Below the pieces are notes generated by a model that was given only the letters and a program-made list of their open reading frames with translations, had not been told where the DNA came from and ran no database searches. 28,750 nt of DNA. Source: a virus. Lineage: Duplodnaviria; Caudoviricetes. Location: positions 1-28,750 of the IMG/VR virus record IMGVR_UViG_3300030372_004814. One strand, given 5' to 3'. Position numbers and translations under genes: made by a program. Within the stretch, counting starts at the first letter, position 1. Every line of letters starts with the position of its first letter. Shown here one piece after another: positions 26,041 to 28,750 of the stretch.

Positions 26041-26829
26041 ATGGCTAAATATAGACAGATACATACAACATTTTGGAATGATCCTTTAATACTGGATTTA
26101 ACTCCTGAGCAGAAATATTTTTATTTATACTTACTTACTAATCCTAATGTAAAACAGGCTGGAATTTATGAGATCAGCATGAGACAAATTACTTATCATA
26201 CAGGTTATAATAAGGAAACTGTAGAGAAATTATTAGAGCTATTTGTAGGATTAAATAAAATAGTAATTAGTAAAAAGACTAATGAGATAGCTATAGTTAA
26301 TTTTTTAAAATATAATTATTCAGCATCTCCTACAGTAAAAAAATGTATAGAGAATGAATTAGAGGAGGTAAAAAATAAAGAATTAATAAAGTATATATAC
26401 AGTATAGATAGTCTAGATATAGAGTATAGTAGTAATAATAAGAATAATAATAAGAATAATAATAATAATAAAAATAATAATAAGAATATTTTACCATCTA
26501 CAGAGGAGTCTTTTAAAGAATATGTATATAGTTTAGATAATAAAGAACATCATAAGGATTTTATAGATTACTGGACAGAAAAAAGCTTAACAGGTAAAAT
26601 GAGATATATGCTAGAGAAAACATTTAGTATAGAAAAAAGATTATCAAGATGGAGCAGGAGTACCTTTGCTAAAAAAAATAATGGTATGCCTGATTATTAC
26701 GATAAGGCCTATGCAGCTAGAATAGGACAGGATCAAACAAAGCAAAAGGAGTATAGAAATCATTTAATAAGTTTAGGTTATGAGCAAAAATACTCATATA
26801 ATGGAGAGCCTACATGGGTAAAAAAATAA
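26041..26829 (+). CDS. Phage replication initiator (replisome organiser-type)
   Basis: MAKYRQIHTTFWND...LTPEQKYFYLYLLTN...GIYEI winged-helix N-terminus, low-complexity linker, FIDYWTE...RLSRW C-domain. Confidence 0.8.
   Translation: MAKYRQIHTTFWNDPLILDLTPEQKYFYLYLLTNPNVKQAGIYEISMRQITYHTGYNKETVEKLLELFVGLNKIVISKKTNEIAIVNFLKYNYSASPTVKKCIENELEEVKNKELIKYIYSIDSLDIEYSSNNKNNNKNNNNNKNNNKNILPSTEESFKEYVYSLDNKEHHKDFIDYWTEKSLTGKMRYMLEKTFSIEKRLSRWSRSTFAKKNNGMPDYYDKAYAARIGQDQTKQKEYRNHLISLGYEQKYSYNGEPTWVKK
26391..26487 (+). repeat. Low-complexity repeats inside the initiator gene, candidate replication origin
   Basis: (A)GTATA/ATAGA-type short repeats at 26391-26432, followed by (AATAATAAG/AAT)n at 26434-26487 encoding NNKNNNKNNNNNKNNNKN. 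Confidence 0.5.
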
Positions 26830-27032
26830 TTATGGAGTTTTTAAAAAATTTTAGAAATAGAAATTTAAAAAATAAGTATTTAGATAATAGTACTTATATA
26901 TATGCTGTAGATGTAGAGTCTATTTTAATAGATATAAAACATAGTACTATATCAGATTTAGATAATAAAATAAATAATTACCTTTTAAAAATAGAGGATT
27001 TAATAGAAGAAAATAAAAATGGAGTTAGATAA
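26814..27032 (+). CDS. Hypothetical protein (start may be ATG 26832)
   Basis: ORF between the initiator and the next gene. Confidence 0.6.
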   Translation: MGKKIIMEFLKNFRNRNLKNKYLDNSTYIYAVDVESILIDIKHSTISDLDNKINNYLLKIEDLIEENKNGVR

Positions 27033-27435
27033 GTTACCAATAAAAGATATATATAATTTAGTAATAGAGGGAGAAATAGATCCTCTAAAGGCTGTTATAG
27101 TATTAAAAGAAATAGAGAAAAAAGCTAAGGAGTACAAGTGTATGATAGATGATATAGCTTTAGATGAGATTACTAAATATGGTAGAGGAGGTACTGAAAT
27201 AGATGGATATTCTGTTAGTGTAAGATCATCAGCAGGTAGATGGGATTTTAAGCATATAAAAGATATTACAGATCTAGAGAAACAATTAAAAGAATTAAAA
27301 GAAAAACATAAAGCAGCTTATAATCAGATGACTAGAAATCTTACAACTTTAGGAGAGGGAGGAGAGGTAATAATACCAGCTAATTATAAACAAGGTAAGG
27401 AGATAATAGTAATATCTAAATTAAAAAATGATTAA
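27019..27435 (+). CDS. Hypothetical coiled-coil phage protein
   Basis: 138 aa, helical, overlapping its neighbours. Confidence 0.75.
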   Translation: MELDKLPIKDIYNLVIEGEIDPLKAVIVLKEIEKKAKEYKCMIDDIALDEITKYGRGGTEIDGYSVSVRSSAGRWDFKHIKDITDLEKQLKELKEKHKAAYNQMTRNLTTLGEGGEVIIPANYKQGKEIIVISKLKND

Positions 27436-27793
27436 TCATAAAAAAATATATTGCAATTATTTTGGATATGATGTGGGAGATGTTATTATATGTGAGGTAT
27501 GTAAATATAACTGTAAGCAGCCTTTTGCATTTAGCTTAGGATTACCAGCTGTATTAAAGGAGGCTGTAGATATACATCATATAATACCTAGAGCTATGGG
27601 AGGAGCAAAGGGTAATAAGATAAGAGGTACAGAAAATTATAGAGATTATCCTGAGAATCTTATAGCTTTATGCAGAGAATGTCATGAGGAGGTAGAGAGA
27701 TGTAAAGAAAAAAATAAGAGATGTTATGTTATACATTTAAAGAATATAATAAATAAAATAGAGGAGGATGATTTAAATAAAATAAACTGGTAA
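27428..27793 (+). CDS. HNH endonuclease
   Basis: CEVC...VDIHHI.PRAMGG...NLIALCRECH. Confidence 0.88.
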   Translation: MINHKKIYCNYFGYDVGDVIICEVCKYNCKQPFAFSLGLPAVLKEAVDIHHIIPRAMGGAKGNKIRGTENYRDYPENLIALCRECHEEVERCKEKNKRCYVIHLKNIINKIEEDDLNKINW

Positions 27794-27993
27794 TGACTAA
27801 ATTATATATGGATAATAAAAAGAATAATATAGAGAATGCAGCTGTAGAATACTTTACTTATATAGGAGAGAGAGCTGTAGTATATAATAAGAAAATAAAT
27901 AAGGAGATAGCAGGCCTAGATAAATTTAATAAGGAACAAAAAAAAGTTATAAAAGAATTTTTTATACATCTATTAAAGGAGTTAGATAAATAG
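27793..27993 (+). CDS. Hypothetical protein
   Basis: 66-aa ORF with a TAATG stop/start overlap. Confidence 0.6.
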   Translation: MTKLYMDNKKNNIENAAVEYFTYIGERAVVYNKKINKEIAGLDKFNKEQKKVIKEFFIHLLKELDK

Positions 27994-28004
27994 ATTATAT
28001 TTTG

Positions 28005-28012
28005 TATCTTTG
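28005..28012 (+). promoter_or_regulatory. Bacteroidota -7 promoter element (TATCTTTG)
   Basis: TAnnTTTG match 11 nt after a stop codon and directly upstream of the structured RNA. Confidence 0.65.
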
Positions 28013-28096
28013 TATAGTATCTCTTATGAGGTATTGTATTTGTTTCTGTTTTATGTAAAGGCTTATAGATCTCCGATTTATAGGCCTTTGCTGTTT
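28013..28096 (+). ncRNA. Candidate small antisense regulatory RNA (hairpin - U-rich seed - hairpin)
   Basis: 11-bp stem 28013-28038 and 17-bp stem 28055-28091, each with 3 G-U pairs, which fixes the + strand. The linker is complementary to several start-proximal sites. Confidence 0.65.
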
Positions 28097-28108
28097 AATA
28101 TATATAAT

Positions 28109-28330
28109 ATGGATGAGATAAGTATAGATGACTTTTTAGATATGGCTGGTAATAATGTATATGATACAGAGTATTCTCATAAGTTAAATATTAGCTGTAA
28201 GCATACTACATATAGAATGTTTAAAGAATTAAAATATAAATTGAATAAGATGGATATTAAAGTAAATAATGCACAGTTATTTGAGTATATGGTAGTAGAG
28301 ATGTATAATAGTAATTTAAATAGTTTATAA
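28109..28330 (+). CDS. Hypothetical protein, possible ribbon-helix-helix-like DNA binder (start moved from TTG 28010 to ATG 28109)
   Basis: In-frame ATG with an AT-rich leader after the RNA structure; KLNISC beta strand followed by two helices. Confidence 0.55.
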   Translation: MDEISIDDFLDMAGNNVYDTEYSHKLNISCKHTTYRMFKELKYKLNKMDIKVNNAQLFEYMVVEMYNSNLNSL

Positions 28331-28335
28331 TAGTT

Positions 28336-28674
28336 ATGCCTTATTTACCTACTACTACAAAATATAAGTGGATTAGAAAAATTAAAAAGGATCATGATAA
28401 GTCTTATTCTGATCCTAAATATAGTAAGATATACAATAGCAATAGATGGAGAAAATTAAGGAGCTGGTTTATAAAAAGAAATCCTCTCTGTGTTATATGT
28501 AATAAAAATAATATAAGTACAGCAGCTAGAGTAGTAGATCATATAAAGGAGATAGCTGATGGAGGTAGTGTATGGAGTGCTAGTAATTTACAGAGTCTAT
28601 GTGATAGATGTCATAGAGTTAAGACAGCTAAGGCTGTAAACAGGAGAAAATATAAAAAAAATAAAGAGGGATAG
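28336..28674 (+). CDS. HNH endonuclease, HK97 gp74-like terminase cofactor
   Basis: YNSNRWRKLR...PLCVIC...VVDHI....GG...NLQSLCDRCHRVKT; last gene before the putative cos region. Confidence 0.9.
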   Translation: MPYLPTTTKYKWIRKIKKDHDKSYSDPKYSKIYNSNRWRKLRSWFIKRNPLCVICNKNNISTAARVVDHIKEIADGGSVWSASNLQSLCDRCHRVKTAKAVNRRKYKKNKEG

Positions 28675-28750
28675 GTATGTTAAAAAAAAATAATAATTAA
28701 CAGGTATAGGGAGGGTACTCCGAATCATACCAAAAAAAAAATCTGTATAT

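Larger units (their letters stand above)
1..28750 (+). mobile_element. Near-complete HK97-like siphovirus genome (cos-type packaging), probable Bacteroidota/flavobacterial host
   Basis: Full packaging, head, tail, lysis and replication gene set on one strand. The window ends just after a gp74-like HNH gene and starts just before terS. No host genes are visible. Confidence 0.9.

Noticed and set aside
28013-28096. tRNA, or a simple terminator only
   Set aside because: There is no cloverleaf or T-loop motif. A terminator alone would not explain the adjacent promoter element, the first hairpin and the complementarity to gene starts, although hairpin 2 may terminate the RNA.
28010-28108. N-terminal 33 aa of ORF 28010-28330 from a TTG start
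   Set aside because: The TTG lies inside the -7 promoter element and the segment folds into two strong hairpins; ATG 28109 is the more plausible start.
1-28750. Stop-codon reassignment, suggested by abundant TAG trinucleotides
   Set aside because: Core genes are full-length under code 11, coding density is high, and TAG, TGA and TAA all end genes (e.g. terL and capsid end in TAG).

Overview
The window looks like an essentially complete, compact (~28.75 kb), AT-rich HK97-like siphovirus genome, linearised at or near its cos site, with every credible gene on the + strand. Gene order: DNA methyltransferase, terS, small basic peptide, terL, a 4-gene moron-like insert, portal, protease, capsid, head-tail genes, two long tail-terminator-like paralogues, two tail-tube paralogues, frameshifted tail chaperones, tape measure, tail tip, an exported-protein cassette, endolysin/holin, metallophosphoesterase, early/replication genes and two HNH nucleases. 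TAnnTTTG promoters, a DUF3127-like SSB and Gln-after-signal-peptide exported proteins point to a Bacteroidota (probably flavobacterial) host. I recognise no integrase or CI-type repressor. The most interesting signal is an unannotated two-hairpin RNA (~28013-28096) behind its own promoter element. Its U-rich core is complementary to the translation-initiation regions of at least five distant genes, including the replication initiator and an unannotated 28-aa membrane peptide. Other notable points are the paired duplication of tail terminator (with large lectin-like fusions) and tail tube, a beta-barrel/TM/redox-dead thioredoxin cassette next to the lysis genes, and extreme CpG depletion. All functional calls come from motif recognition and synteny by eye; no searches were run.
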